Of a DNA stretch of 64,000 nt, positions 1 through 9,358 are shown in pieces. A program made the translations under genes and the position numbers. The stretch's first letter is position 1; each line of letters begins with the position of its first letter. This DNA comes from an uncultured Nitrososphaerota archaeon. Its GTDB lineage: Archaea > Thermoproteota > Nitrososphaeria > Nitrososphaerales > CADDZS01. Below the pieces are notes generated by a model. The model was not told the origin of the DNA, ran no database searches, and saw nothing but the letters and a program-made list of their open reading frames with translations. The DNA is taken from assembly GCA_963799845.1 (NCBI GenBank), contig CAWCYI010000004.1:160001-224000 (forward strand), in the 5' to 3' direction.

Positions 1-428
1 TGCCATTTCCTGTGCTGAATGAATCCGAGAGGTGGAGGGCGGTGCTTCGCACGATTGAGGCCGAACTCTTGACGCCTGTTGGCCTGCGCTCTCTTTCTCC
101 ATTTGACCCGAGCTACTGGGGACAGTGCACGGGCGAAGCCAGCGCTAGAGATACCGCGTATCACCAGGGAACGGTCTGGCCGTGGCTTTTTGGTTCCTAC
201 GTGACAGCGTACCTCAGGGTGTTCCCGCCAGATCCGAGGACGTTGATGTTCGTGCAGCAGCTCTACGCCCCATTCAAGAGGAGAATGACCGAGGCTGGCA
301 TTGGTACCGTCTCGGAAATCTATGACGGAGATCCGCCGAACCTTTCTCGCGGGTGCATTTCCCAGGCCTGGAGCATAGCGGAGATCTTGTGGTCATACGC
401 ACGCGACGCAAACCAAAGTCTAGAGTAA
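1..428 (+). CDS. Glycogen debranching enzyme (amylo-alpha-1,6-glucosidase), C-terminal part; 5' end outside the window
   Basis: Motifs LLTPVGLRSL, AYHQGTVWPWL, SEIYDGD and GCISQAWS are typical of GDE_C. Confidence 0.88.
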   Translation, partial: PFPVLNESERWRAVLRTIEAELLTPVGLRSLSPFDPSYWGQCTGEASARDTAYHQGTVWPWLFGSYVTAYLRVFPPDPRTLMFVQQLYAPFKRRMTEAGIGTVSEIYDGDPPNLSRGCISQAWSIAEILWSYARDANQSLE

Positions 429-489
429 TTCTGGAATACTTCTATCCACTTTTATAATCCGCAAAAATTGTGGGTGGCCGTTTAGAATT

Positions 490-1374
490 TTGTCGGACTG
501 GACAGTTGCAGCCGGCCCAGCTTCGCTAGACATCGCGACAAACCTATCTGCCAAGCTCGGCGCGAAGCTGCTCACGATTGAAGTCACGGATTTTCCCGAC
601 GGCGAATCCAAGATTCGCGTCGGAGATGACGTCCGCAACAGGCGAGTGATCGTCGTGCAGAGCACGTACCCGCCCGTTGACAAACACCTGATGCAGCTTT
701 TGGTTCTCTGCCACAAATTGAGCGAGGATGGAGCTGACGTATTCTGCGCAGTCCCATATTTGGGATATGCGAGACAGGACAGGGAATTTCTCAGTGGCGA
801 AGTTGTCACGATGGGGGTGATCGCTCGCTTGATGCGCTCAGTCGGTATCAAGAGGCTAGTCACGGTTGACATCCACAGCGCGAAGGCCCTCGGTCTGTTT
901 TCGTTCCCAGTTTACAGTACTTCGTCCATTCCATTACTCGCAGAGTACATCGGCAAGAATTTTGATCTCCATAAACCGATCGCGGTTTCTCCCGATTTTG
1001 GGAGCAGCACGCGTGTTGAAGCCTTTTCGGCAGTTCTCAAGTGCGAGCATATATCGTTCAAGAAAAGTAGAGATCGAAAGACTGGAGAGGTCTCGACGGA
1101 AGAGCAGAGTCTCGATCTGAAGGGCAGAGATGCGATCATCATCGATGACATGATATCGACAGGCGCCAGCGTCGCGAAAGCCGCCAATTTGCTGAAGAAA
1201 TATGGAGCTTCCAGGATTATTGCCGCTTGTGCCCACGCAATCCTGATCAATGGAGCCGATGATAGGATTATGAGCGCGGGAGTTGACGATCTGATCGCCA
1301 CGAATACTGTGCCGAGCAAGTACAGTAAGGTCGATGTTTCGCCGCTACTTGCGTCACACTTTGAAATGCTCTAA
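490..1374 (+). CDS. prs: Ribose-phosphate pyrophosphokinase
   Basis: FPDGE, PYLGYARQD, VDIHS and the PRPP-binding loop IIDDMISTGAS. Confidence 0.96.
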   Translation: MSDWTVAAGPASLDIATNLSAKLGAKLLTIEVTDFPDGESKIRVGDDVRNRRVIVVQSTYPPVDKHLMQLLVLCHKLSEDGADVFCAVPYLGYARQDREFLSGEVVTMGVIARLMRSVGIKRLVTVDIHSAKALGLFSFPVYSTSSIPLLAEYIGKNFDLHKPIAVSPDFGSSTRVEAFSAVLKCEHISFKKSRDRKTGEVSTEEQSLDLKGRDAIIIDDMISTGASVAKAANLLKKYGASRIIAACAHAILINGADDRIMSAGVDDLIATNTVPSKYSKVDVSPLLASHFEML

Positions 1375-1406
1375 CTCGGTGCGTTCTTTCAAACGAGTCT
1401 ATTGTC

Positions 1407-2423
1407 TTGACCGGCTCTATGTTTGTTCTTTCCGGCGAAGAGCTCAGCTTTCCGTCGGCAGAGATTCGAGCGCTAGTTGAAACTTATTCAGATTCTAAAT
1501 GCGAGAATCTCAATTCCCGAGTAATTCAATCCAGCTTGAGCGATCCTGAGCTAATTTCAAAAGTCTCCGAAAGAGCGGCCTACTGTCGGTTCGGAGGGAA
1601 GTTTATTTCGCGAGGAGAAAATATCGCCGATCTCGCCGAAGATATTTCGAGCTCTTCAATAGATTCAGGAAGGTCTTTCGTCGTTGACAGCGAGTCTCTC
1701 GATCGCTCGATAGAGGGAGAACTCGGCGCCCTGATCAAGCAAAAGACGGGAGCCAGGGTTTCGCTGGAGAATCCTGATAATGTCTTCCAGCTGGAGAAGA
1801 TTGAAAAGGAATTTGTTCTTGGATTGTCCAAAACCGGTTTCAAGAAGTTCAGATGGAGACAACGGAGGCCACGAGCGAGAAAGTTTTTCCTTCCTTCAGC
1901 AATATATCCGAAACTTGCCAGACTCCTCGTGAACCTGTCGAGGGTAAGGGAGGGCCAGTATTTTCTCGATCCATTCTGCGGGACCGGGAGCCTGCTTATA
2001 GAAAGTAGCATAATGGGGATGAAGACGATGGGTTTTGATTTGACGAGGTGGATAGCGCGGGGGGCAAAACTAAACCTGAAGGGCTTTTCTCTGGATTTTG
2101 AGAGCATTATGCGCTGCGATTCGACCTGGCCCAATCTTCCCTTGACCAAGATCGACGGAATTTCAACCGACGTTCCTTACGGCCGGGCATCGTCAACAAA
2201 GGGAAAAGACACCGAGACGATAATCAGGGAGTTTACGACGGCGGTTGCGAACCTCGTGTCTGCGGGAGGAGAGCGGAAATGGCCAATTTACTGTGTATTG
2301 ATGCACCCTCAAAAAGTCAATTTTGACTACGACAGATCCGTTTTTGAACTCGCGGAGCAGCACTTACTATACGTCCACAGGAATTTAACTAGGGCGATCA
2401 GCATACTAAGGAGCAAGAGTTAG
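1407..2423 (+). CDS. THUMP-domain tRNA (guanine-10-N2) methyltransferase, Trm11/TrmG10-like
   Basis: THUMP-like N-terminus (VSLENPD), PKLARLLVNL, SAM motif LDPFCGTGSLLIE, and TDVPYGR. Confidence 0.85.
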   Translation: MTGSMFVLSGEELSFPSAEIRALVETYSDSKCENLNSRVIQSSLSDPELISKVSERAAYCRFGGKFISRGENIADLAEDISSSSIDSGRSFVVDSESLDRSIEGELGALIKQKTGARVSLENPDNVFQLEKIEKEFVLGLSKTGFKKFRWRQRRPRARKFFLPSAIYPKLARLLVNLSRVREGQYFLDPFCGTGSLLIESSIMGMKTMGFDLTRWIARGAKLNLKGFSLDFESIMRCDSTWPNLPLTKIDGISTDVPYGRASSTKGKDTETIIREFTTAVANLVSAGGERKWPIYCVLMHPQKVNFDYDRSVFELAEQHLLYVHRNLTRAISILRSKS

Positions 2424-3356
2424 ATGGCGTCGGATTTCAATATCCATTTTTTTGGGACCTCTTCAGCAGTTCCGACTAAAGAGCGCGGTCTCTCGTGCCT
2501 CGCCGTCGTTTACGAGAACTCGATGGCTTTTTTTGACTGTGGCGAGGGCAGCCAGAGATCTGTTATCAACGCTGGTATGGGGTTCAATAAGGACTGCAAC
2601 ATCTTCATCTCGCATATGCACGGAGACCATGTCGTCGGTATGCTCGGAATTTTACAGACGATGGCGATGAACCGGAGGGAAAAGTCCGTCGGAGTATTCG
2701 GCCCCAAAGGTATCATCAAGTTTATCAGATCAAACCAGGGCATACTACACTTTGGTCTGACATTCGACGTTCTGGCGAGAGAAGTCAAGCCAGGTTTAAT
2801 CTTCGACGAGAAGAATTCAAAGTACCGCGTCTACGCGCAGAAATCCCAGCACTCTGCTCCTTCATTCGCATACATTTTCGAGGAGAAAGAGAAACCGGGT
2901 AGATTTCATCCCGAGAAAGCCCTGAAACTGGGGATTCCGGAAGGACCACTCTGGTCAAAGCTCCAGCACGGTGAATCCGTCACATCGCCAAAGACAGGCA
3001 AGATTGTAAAGCCGGAGCAGGTTGTGGAAAAACAGAGGAAAGGAAAAAGAATCGGAATTTCCGGCGATACTCGACCCACCAATTTGCTTGAACAATTCTT
3101 CAAAGGTTGCGACGTCTTGATCTTTGATTCGACGTACTCTGACGCGCATCGGGCAAATGCCCTGGAGAACTTGCACTCAACATCTCGCGAGGCGGCAACA
3201 CTTGCCAAGAAAGCGAGAGCCGGGAAGTTAATCCTGACGCATTTTAGCGCAAGGTACAGAAGCGTATCGCAGCTGGTTAGACAGGCGCGAGAAGCTTTTC
3301 CGAACACGATTGCGGCGAAAGATTCTCTTGTCTACGATGTTGCAGATCCTTCGTAA
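2424..3356 (+). CDS. rnz: Ribonuclease Z
   Basis: GTSSAVP, DCGEG, SHMHGDH, exosite GIPEGP, SGDT, HST and LTHFSARY. Confidence 0.96.
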   Translation: MASDFNIHFFGTSSAVPTKERGLSCLAVVYENSMAFFDCGEGSQRSVINAGMGFNKDCNIFISHMHGDHVVGMLGILQTMAMNRREKSVGVFGPKGIIKFIRSNQGILHFGLTFDVLAREVKPGLIFDEKNSKYRVYAQKSQHSAPSFAYIFEEKEKPGRFHPEKALKLGIPEGPLWSKLQHGESVTSPKTGKIVKPEQVVEKQRKGKRIGISGDTRPTNLLEQFFKGCDVLIFDSTYSDAHRANALENLHSTSREAATLAKKARAGKLILTHFSARYRSVSQLVRQAREAFPNTIAAKDSLVYDVADPS

Positions 3357-3766
3357 CCGAAAGTCAGCCAATCAATGACTTGCTGAAGCTCGTTTGATCT
3401 TATTCGCGCGACGATGGGGCCGAGGGCCGACTCCCGGGGATCATCGCAGAGCGCGCCGATTCCAACCGTTGCTGCCTGCTTGTTCAACATGAAATATGTC
3501 TGAAGTGATCCTTGTTCCTGGTTTTTGAACAACAGGCGTCGAGCAGTTGCCCTGACCCTTCTGTCCCGAAACTGATCTTTGAGATAGCGCAGAGTTTCCA
3601 GATCCGAAGAGACGAGCATCACGCGGTCGTCTTCTACTCGGAGCTCTCCCTTGCCTCCAAACAAATTCCGGACGGCGTTCGCAACCTTGTCTTTCGATTC
3701 GGTTTTCTTGATCTCTGCTTCGGCGACGATCTCGACTTCAATTCTGTGCCAAGTTTCCTGCGTCAA
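3332..3766 (-). CDS. UPF0201/DUF54 archaeal RNA-binding protein
   Basis: TESKDKVANAVRNLF and LNKQAA...G...ESALGPI; usual neighbour of rnz. Confidence 0.85.
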   Translation of the reverse strand: MTQETWHRIEVEIVAEAEIKKTESKDKVANAVRNLFGGKGELRVEDDRVMLVSSDLETLRYLKDQFRDRRVRATARRLLFKNQEQGSLQTYFMLNKQAATVGIGALCDDPRESALGPIVARIRSNELQQVIDWLTFGYEGSATS

Positions 3767-3783
3767 GTGGTGACACTGATAAA

Positions 3784-4417
3784 CTAATTTTCAGAATTGA
3801 ATTTTTTCTTCAGGTCGGTCAGAAGATTTGAAACGTCTTTTTTCAGGTCCTCTACCGAGCCGTTGTTGATTATCACCTCGTCAGCTGAAGGCGATCGATT
3901 CCCCGATACCCACGGAGAGCTCCCTCCTGTCCCTTGCTTCAAACGATTGGAAGCTTGCAGGAGAATCAGCGCGGGCTCTCGCCTGCAAAAATTTGAACCT
4001 CCGCTCCGGCGAGGCGTGGATCGAAACAAGGACGGCCTTCCCCAGTTTCTTGAATTCAAGGTATTCGTTCACATTTCTGATCCCGTCGATGAGTACAAAG
4101 TTCGACTTTGATTCCCTCTCGATTCTCTGCTTGCTCAGGTGGGCGATTGCAACCGGACCCCCGCTCTGCCTCAATTGAAGCATGACAGCGCCGAGGTTCT
4201 CGTCCGTTGGAGCCAGCTTTCTCCGTTCCGCCTCCATCCTCACGTCGTCGCCCATCCTGTATACCTCGAAACCCATCATGGTAGAAACTTCCGCAGCTGT
4301 CGATTTTCCGGCGCCGGGCATGCCCGTTATGCAGATAACTAATCTGGTCTGCTTTGTTCCGGGTTCCGCTGGATTCGAAACTCCCTGTTCATGATTTACA
4401 GTTGCTGTCATTGTCAA
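3784..4417 (-). CDS. UPF0200 / dephospho-CoA-kinase-like P-loop kinase with one apparent frameshift near 3888
   Basis: ITGMPGAGKST, MGDDVR, IDGIR and RDRREL; the C-terminus ADEVIINNGSVEDL continues in the frame of ORF 3784-4059. Confidence 0.82.
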
Positions 4418-4558
4418 TTTTTCAATAGCCTCGCCTTGGCCACTCCGAAAGGAGATGGCAAGTGCTTCCGGCCACCGAATGTGACTCGCTCGCCTAATAT
4501 TTGTTACGAAGCGGTTCAGCGCGAGCGGGAAAGAATTTCAAGTAGAAATAACAGTCGG

Positions 4559-5134
4559 ATGATTAGACTGTTGTTGAGGGCCTTCCTTTCCTATGATATT
4601 TCAGATCCGACATTTCTTGAAAAAGTCGGACAGCTACAGAGCGGATTAAAGCGCACGGGAGCTGATCTGAAATTCGTAAATCCTGACATCATGCACTTTA
4701 CGATAAGATTTCTCGGAGAGATCGAAGAGCCAGACAAGAACCAGATCGTCGATACTTTGAGGGGCAGGGTGGAAAACTTTGAACTTGACCTTGCGTTCAA
4801 GGGTGTGGGCTCGTTTCCGGATGAAAGAAGAATTTCAGTTATTTGGATTGGAATTGATCCTGCTTCGGCCGCGATTCTGGAAAAGCAGGCGAATGAAATC
4901 AACAAGTTGTTGCTCAATGTTCCATTGCTGAAAAATGAAAAACTGCAGGAATTCAGCCCGCACGTAACTATTGCTAGAGTTCGATCCGGAAGAAACAAGG
5001 AGGATCTCCAAAATTTCCTACGTGCGCACAAGCACGACGAGTTTGGCAGTTCCAGAATCAAACACTTGCGATTGAAGCTTTCCCAGCTCACTCCAGCTGG
5101 ACCAGAGTATACCGACCTGCACGTGTTTGAATGA
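4559..5134 (+). CDS. thpR: RNA 2',3'-cyclic phosphodiesterase (2H family)
   Basis: RAFLS start region, two HxT motifs (HFTIRFLG, PHVTIAR) and SQLTPAGPEY; true start is downstream of the ORF-track start. Confidence 0.92.
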   Translation: MIRLLLRAFLSYDISDPTFLEKVGQLQSGLKRTGADLKFVNPDIMHFTIRFLGEIEEPDKNQIVDTLRGRVENFELDLAFKGVGSFPDERRISVIWIGIDPASAAILEKQANEINKLLLNVPLLKNEKLQEFSPHVTIARVRSGRNKEDLQNFLRAHKHDEFGSSRIKHLRLKLSQLTPAGPEYTDLHVFE

Positions 5135-6537
5135 AGATTGGCGAATCGTAGTGCCTGCTTCGCTTGACAGAATAATTTTACGAGCGTCGAAACTGGTTAC
5201 TCCGACCAAATCCGAGGAGAAAAAGTCTGCAGGAAGTTGTGGCGAAAGTTGCCTCTCTACTCAACGAGACTCTCGACAAAGAGAATGCCGATCCGAGACC
5301 CGAGATTACTCTGGGAGGCTCTTACGCGAGAGGGACATGGCTCAAGGGCAGCCACGACATTGATTTCTTCCTTCTATATCCTGTCGATTTTCCCAGGGAG
5401 AGGCTAGAATCGGTTGCGATAAGATCAGCAACGGATTCGATGGCTGGTTACACTGTCAATATGCGGTACGCAGAGCACCCCTACGTTGAATCCTTCGTTG
5501 ACGGCATCCGGGTGAACATCGTACCTTGCTATGCAGTAGCTCCGGGGCAGTGGCGCAGTTCGGCAGATCGTTCTCCCTACCACACGAAATACATTGCTTC
5601 GAAGTTGGACGAGCGACTGCGACTGGAAACGAGGTTGTTCAAAAAGTTCGTAAAGTCTGCGCAAGTCTATGGGGCCGAAGTGAAGATCCAGGGTTTCAGC
5701 GGTTATGTTTGCGAGGTTCTCACGTTGAAGTTTGGGTCTTTTGTGAATACGCTCCAAGGTCTTGCTAAGCTCAAACCCAAAGAAGTGATATCTCTCGAAA
5801 ATTTCGACAAACAGTTTGCAGCCTCTTTTGACAGCGCTTTGGTCATTCTCGATCCCGTTGACACCACGCGTAATCTCGGGACTGCAATCTCTGCGCGAAA
5901 TGTTGGAAAGCTGGTTCTTCAATCGCGGAGATTTTTAGCAGGACCGAAGTTGTCGTATTTCCTGCCGCAAAAGTCGAAGAGTGTTTCACTAAATGCGAAA
6001 TCAAGGCAGCTAATTTCCAGAATCTTGATCATATCTTTCAGGAATGAAAAAAGAAGTCCCGACATCCTTTGGGGGCAGTTGAGACGGAGTGCTTCTTCAA
6101 TTTCAGACAAGCTCACGAGAATGGGATTCCAGGTCTTGAGGACCAGCGCTGCTTCTGAGGAGGAAAATAATTCTGCGTTACTGTTCTTGCTGGCGGATGA
6201 AAAGCTTGGTGCGCTATACGTGAGGGAGGGACCAGAATATTTCAGGGAGGACGAAGTTACGAAATACTATGCAAAGAATCGATCAAAATCTTTCGCTACA
6301 TGGATAGGAAGCGAGGGGAGACTCGAATCGGTCTTTGAGAGGGATAGCCGGGTGATGGATGCGACAAGCGCCCTGAAATCGATGCTGTCGAAAAGCAACA
6401 TCGACTCCATCGGCTTATCCGAAGAAATTAAGATCGAGATTAGACATAGTCACAAAATAATCAGAGGAATTATTCCGAAGAATAAGTCAATGGAATGGCT
6501 GGCGAACGAAGTCGCCGAACTGGTATCGAGCGATTAG
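5127..6537 (+). CDS. cca: CCA tRNA nucleotidyltransferase (class I) with one apparent extra base near 5226
   Basis: GGSYARGTWLKGSHDIDFF, YAEHPYV, DRSPYH, GFSGY and DPVDTTRN; the N-terminus (VTPTKSEEKK) lies in ORF 5127-5363. Confidence 0.93.
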
Positions 6538-7364
6538 GGCGAATCACCTTGTTGGAACTTCGGAAGATCAAGCCAGACGACAAGAGTGTCATCGTAAGAC
6601 CGCGCGAACTCAGAAAGAAGGAGCACGGGGCTGTTCTGTGCTACCCCGGGACCGATCTTTCGAGCTTTGAATCCAGGGTGAAACAGCTCAAAGAACTGGA
6701 AGTCGAGCATCTGATTCTGGAAGGGGATTCTAAAGTTGGGAAGTATGGAATCGTTGGCAGGGGCTGCGTCAGCATCGTCGTAAAATCGAAGATAAAATCC
6801 GAACTAGAAATTGTCGCGCTGAAAATAAGGCGCGCCGACGCCAACAGATCAGATATGAGTCGAGATTTCGATCTGCAGAAGTACGCAAATTCGTTCGGAG
6901 TCGGGCCCAGAGCGATTTCTGCATCAAAAGATCTGTTCGCGATGGAATTTATCGAGTCAACCAAACTGGGAAAATGGTTTCAGGTGTTAAAGACGAGAAC
7001 TTCAAAAAAATACACTCGGGCGCTGATTCGAGACGTTTTGACACAGTGCTGTCTCTTGGATATCAACGGGCTGGATCACGGAGAGCTCAGCAATCCTACG
7101 AAGCATGTGCTGATCTGGGGTAGTGAAAAACCAAAGACTACTCTAATCGATTACGAGTCTGCGAGCCGAAACAGAAAAATCTCGAACGTCACAGCCGTGG
7201 CTCAATTCTTTTTTCTCGGCGGGTGGCAGAGCACAAAGATCAGAAAAATACTCGGAATGGAAAAAGGCTTTTCCAAAGAAGAATACATTAGAAAACTCCG
7301 ACAGTACAAAGCAATACCTACGATGGAATCTTTGGAAGAATTGCTTTCATTTGTCCACTGTTAA
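6495..7364 (+). CDS. Archaeal Ser/Thr protein kinase (RIO/Bud32-like)
   Basis: VGRGCVSIV, VALKIRRAD, DHGELS and IDYESAS; conserved position after cca. Confidence 0.85.
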   Translation: MAGERSRRTGIERLGRITLLELRKIKPDDKSVIVRPRELRKKEHGAVLCYPGTDLSSFESRVKQLKELEVEHLILEGDSKVGKYGIVGRGCVSIVVKSKIKSELEIVALKIRRADANRSDMSRDFDLQKYANSFGVGPRAISASKDLFAMEFIESTKLGKWFQVLKTRTSKKYTRALIRDVLTQCCLLDINGLDHGELSNPTKHVLIWGSEKPKTTLIDYESASRNRKISNVTAVAQFFFLGGWQSTKIRKILGMEKGFSKEEYIRKLRQYKAIPTMESLEELLSFVHC

Positions 7365-7415
7365 ACAAAGCATTAAAACCGCAAGTCAGATTTGGAGTTT
7401 GTTATTCCTGGGTTC

Positions 7416-7567
7416 GGGGTCGTCGTCCAGCTTGGTTTAGGATCTCTCTAGAGCTAAATTACCACCCTGGGGAGCTGGCAAGTTTACTTGCCGGTAACAC
7501 GGAACGGTGGCGAGGCACTTTCACCGTGCTCCACAAATCGCCGGTTCAAATCCGGCCGACCCCACCA
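7416..7567 (+). tRNA. tRNA-Pro(GGG) with three introns (7443-7459, 7473-7504, 7513-7536) and an encoded CCA
   Basis: Acceptor stem GGGGTCG/CGACCCC, D-stem GTCC/GGAT, anticodon stem CCACC/GGTGG with loop CT-GGG-GC, T-arm GCCGG-TTCAAAT-CCGGC. Removing the three inserts gives a 79-nt cloverleaf. Confidence 0.9.
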
Positions 7568-7920
7568 TTTTTACGCTGCATACATAGACCCCCTTTTTTT
7601 CGCCAAAAGTAATAGCAGGAATGGGTGGTTGTGGAAGTTTGTGCCAACGCCCTAAATCGGGCTAAATTAGTGCTAAAGAGGCGCAGGCGAGCTTTTTTCC
7701 TTTTTGTGAAAAGAAGCGAAATCGACCTTTCGGGGGTGATGGAGGGAGGGTTGAGACTTTTTCCTTTTTGAGAATCAATAGAAATTGCATCTGGTGTCGA
7801 AAATTGGTCCTGATTGATGTTGGCGCCGGCCGTTTCTCCATTTGATGTCGTTCAGCTTTTGCATGAAACAAACATGTTTATTGCTAATTGCAAGGATTGG
7901 GGAAACAATCTGGATTGAAG

Positions 7921-9358
7921 ATGGCTCTAAGCAAACAGCTGACGGAATATCTGCCACTTTGGTCCGAAAGCCCTGGCCGCGGTGGGGAGTCAGAGGATCC
8001 ACTCGGTTTTCAGCGGCAATCCGAATATTGGGCGAACAAGTTCCTCCCAGGATTGACCGTGCTCACGATTACTCCTCGTTACTACTCTTTCATTTGTTGG
8101 TGCACTGATATAATTACCAGGGAATTTGCGGATTCCAATCAATATCGAGGAGAGATAACATGGCAGGAGTTTCAAGAATCCTTTAATCGATTTGAGCGAC
8201 TGCTAGCTGATATCCGAAGCGGCGTTTCACTCGGATGAAAAACCGATAAAATGCGGCTTCATAGGGAAACGCAGGGCCCCAAGAATTTACAAAAAGATGC
8301 GAGGGTACGGAACTCTAGATTTTTCGATTTTAGATCAGCAAGACAATACCGGCTCTCTCGCCAGATACAAGACCTCGCTGATTGATTTGAACCTATTTCG
8401 GCCCGATCAAATTGGTCTTACCGATAAGGGGGCGGAACTCGCTAAGGCATTTGAAGCCCAAATCGGTCAAGCCAAAACTCGATCTATTCATTATTGCATA
8501 GAGAAAAGAAATGTGAAAAAAACTCAGTTGTGGCATATTGGTTCGAAGTTTTGCTTGTCTCAGATCTCTAATGCAGAATGTAGAGAGATCGCAAACGCAT
8601 TATTTGGAAGAAGATACGACCGCGAGGAGGCGAGGGCCAGGAGATCGACTCTTCTCGCTTTAGACAAAGACGAAGATAGCGAATACAGTTTGTTATCTCA
8701 CTGCTATTCGCGACCTCGCAAAAGTGACATTGGAAACGATCTCGGGAACGTTCAGTTTATGCAGTTCTTCTTCATCGCTTCACTTACGATTTTTAACTGC
8801 CTATTGTTGTATAAAGAGCCTAACAGTACTTTCAAGATTTCCGGCTTCGTACAAGATTTTCTCGCGCATTCTTCATTTCCTGTCGAAGAAAATCTGAAAG
8901 ATCTCATCCCGACAATCAAAGGTAAAGAAATTAGGATTTCAGGGAAGATAGCAAAATGTAATGGAAAAAAGTACCCTGAATTGTATCAAGGACTAGATCT
9001 TGCAACTAACTTAGCTCTCTTAATTGCAGGGAGGAAAAGGGAAGGCCTTTCGAAACTTGAAAATAAAAATCTAATCTGCTATAGTTTTGTAAAATTCTCG
9101 TATTTGGTATCCAGCAACCTGAGTAACGGTCTGAGAGAATTCATGCAAGCGCTAATAATAGATCTCGTCAATTGGCACATTCTTGTGTTTGACTCTAAAC
9201 AGACTCAACCGTGGATAGAGTTTGGCGATCCCGATAGATCTATTCTCGTAACTAGGTTCCAAAAAGATGAGACCTTTTTTCTTAATCTAAATCCATACAG
9301 TGTAAGAATTAATGCGGCTTTGAGCCTACTTGGAGGGTTGGGTAGGTATGCAAAGTAG
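7921..9358 (+). CDS. Hypothetical defence-associated protein (DPLG...LPGLTVLT...RYYSF N-terminal motif) with one frameshift near 8214
   Basis: Removing one C joins ORF 7888-8238 to ORF 8297-9358 through DIEAAFHSDEKPIKCGFIGKRRA; first gene of an operon with PLD and helicase. Confidence 0.65.

Noticed and set aside
420-7000. Numerous antisense and nested ORFs over housekeeping genes (e.g. 420-872, 1580-2149, 4591-5091)
   Set aside because: Shadow frames of well-supported genes with no motifs; the same applies to nested ORFs elsewhere in the window.
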